This document shows, one piece after another, positions 63,058 to 64,000 of a stretch of DNA of 64,000 nt. The DNA comes from an uncultured delta proteobacterium (GTDB lineage: Bacteria > Myxococcota > Kuafuiibacteriia > Kuafuiibacteriales > Kuafuiibacteriaceae): assembly GCA_963803435.1 (NCBI GenBank), contig CAWDML010000005.1, positions 128,001 through 192,000 on the forward strand. The letters run 5' to 3'. A program made the translations under genes and the position numbers. The notes beneath the pieces are model-generated. The model was not told the DNA's origin. It saw only the letters and a list, made by a program, of their open reading frames with translations, and did no database searches. Positions within the stretch are counted from its first letter, which is position 1; each line of letters opens with the position of its first letter.

Positions 63058-64000
63058 ATGCCGGATCGAACCCTTCCACCCTGGGCCGAAGAGATCCGCG
63101 CGACGTACCTGCGCGGCGAGTCCTCCGTCTTCATCCTCGAAGGAAACGTCTACGACCGGATCCTCCACAAGGGGGATTTGACGCCCATCATCGACTTCCT
63201 GGTCGGCGATCTCCTCGCGAAGAAGCAGGTGATCGTCACCCTGAACCCGGCCACCGGGGTGAAGTTCCGGAAGAAGGACGCGAACGTCCAGAACCTCGAC
63301 GAGCTGGTGGGCGTCAAGGACAACGACCAGCTTCTGGCTGGGCTGGAGAAGCTGCTGCGCACGCAGGACGGCGTCGCGGTCATCATCGACTACGCGGAGA
63401 TGATCGCGCCCCGCGGCGACACGTCGTTCCTCACCACCTCCGACCGCAACTCGGTGGTCACCATCCATCGCTGGAGCCTCGACCGGCACTTCGAAAACTC
63501 GGACAACGTCGTGATCCTGGTGACCGAGACGATGGCGGAGCTCAACGCGAAGCTGGTCGGGAACCCGCGTGTCACCGCGATCCACGTCCCGCTCCCCGAC
63601 GAGACCGAGCGGGCGGCGCTGGTACGCCTGCTCGAGCCTGAGGCCAGCGCGCGCGACGTCGAGCGGTTGGCGTCGCTCTCGGCCGGCCTCAAGAACGTTC
63701 AGATCCGCGGGATCCTGGCGCCGGGGGAGGACGCCGAAGAGGATCGGGACGCCCGCTACGAGTACATCCGCAAGCTCCTCGGCGATCAGCCCAACGCCGC
63801 GGAGCGCGCCAAGAAGCTGACGCGACTGACCTCGGGGATGACGGCGGAGAAGATGGAGGCGTTCCTGCGGGCCGAGGGCCTGGAGGTCGATCGTTACCAG
63901 CGCGACGCCGGCCGCTACGACGAGGTCTTCACGCTCCTCAACCGTCGCAAGCGCGAGATCATCGAGAAGGAGTGCCTCGGGCTGATCGAGTTCGTCGAGC
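63058..64000 (+). CDS. AAA family ATPase, partial (runs off window end)
   Basis: ATG 63058: MPDRTLPPWAEEIRATYLRGESSVFILEGNVYD..IIDYAEMIAP..RKREIIEKECLGLIEF; not in the ORF track because no stop is reached. Confidence 0.8.
   Translation, partial: MPDRTLPPWAEEIRATYLRGESSVFILEGNVYDRILHKGDLTPIIDFLVGDLLAKKQVIVTLNPATGVKFRKKDANVQNLDELVGVKDNDQLLAGLEKLLRTQDGVAVIIDYAEMIAPRGDTSFLTTSDRNSVVTIHRWSLDRHFENSDNVVILVTETMAELNAKLVGNPRVTAIHVPLPDETERAALVRLLEPEASARDVERLASLSAGLKNVQIRGILAPGEDAEEDRDARYEYIRKLLGDQPNAAERAKKLTRLTSGMTAEKMEAFLRAEGLEVDRYQRDAGRYDEVFTLLNRRKREIIEKECLGLIEFVE

Overview
High-GC bacterial chromosomal segment. The gene content (PilZ-DUF4388, FHA-sigma54 activator, Hanks kinases, PEGA proteins, GTTCAG-type LexA box) points to Myxococcota; this is inference. 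It is mostly housekeeping or accessory genes: fatty acyl-CoA ligase, TetR-TolC-RND efflux operon, ABC exporter, sterol-desaturase family protein, trmB, epmA, FadL-like porin, arginine deiminase, MMPL, boxC-boxB with divergent boxR, psuG, lexA, 5'-nucleotidase, RluA, ftsB, GAF-GGDEF, PhoH, two tRNA-Ser genes and a partial AAA ATPase. Several genes carry frameshifts that look like sequencing or assembly errors. Most notable: (1) three differently deleted copies of an IS1182-like element with ~70-bp hexamer-containing terminal inverted repeats, a four-helix-bundle (Avd/IVS-like) passenger gene, and CTAG ends that coincide with amber stop codons; one copy abuts an intact IS630 and one is fused to a decayed group II intron; (2) an operon of PEGA protein, pseudokinase-kinase, ECF sigma factor and a Lon-type Ser-Lys protease-domain protein, divergent from an FHA activator with a degenerate GAFTGA loop; (3) a motif-complete eukaryote-like type I protein arginine methyltransferase. 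All calls come from reading motifs by eye; no database searches were run.
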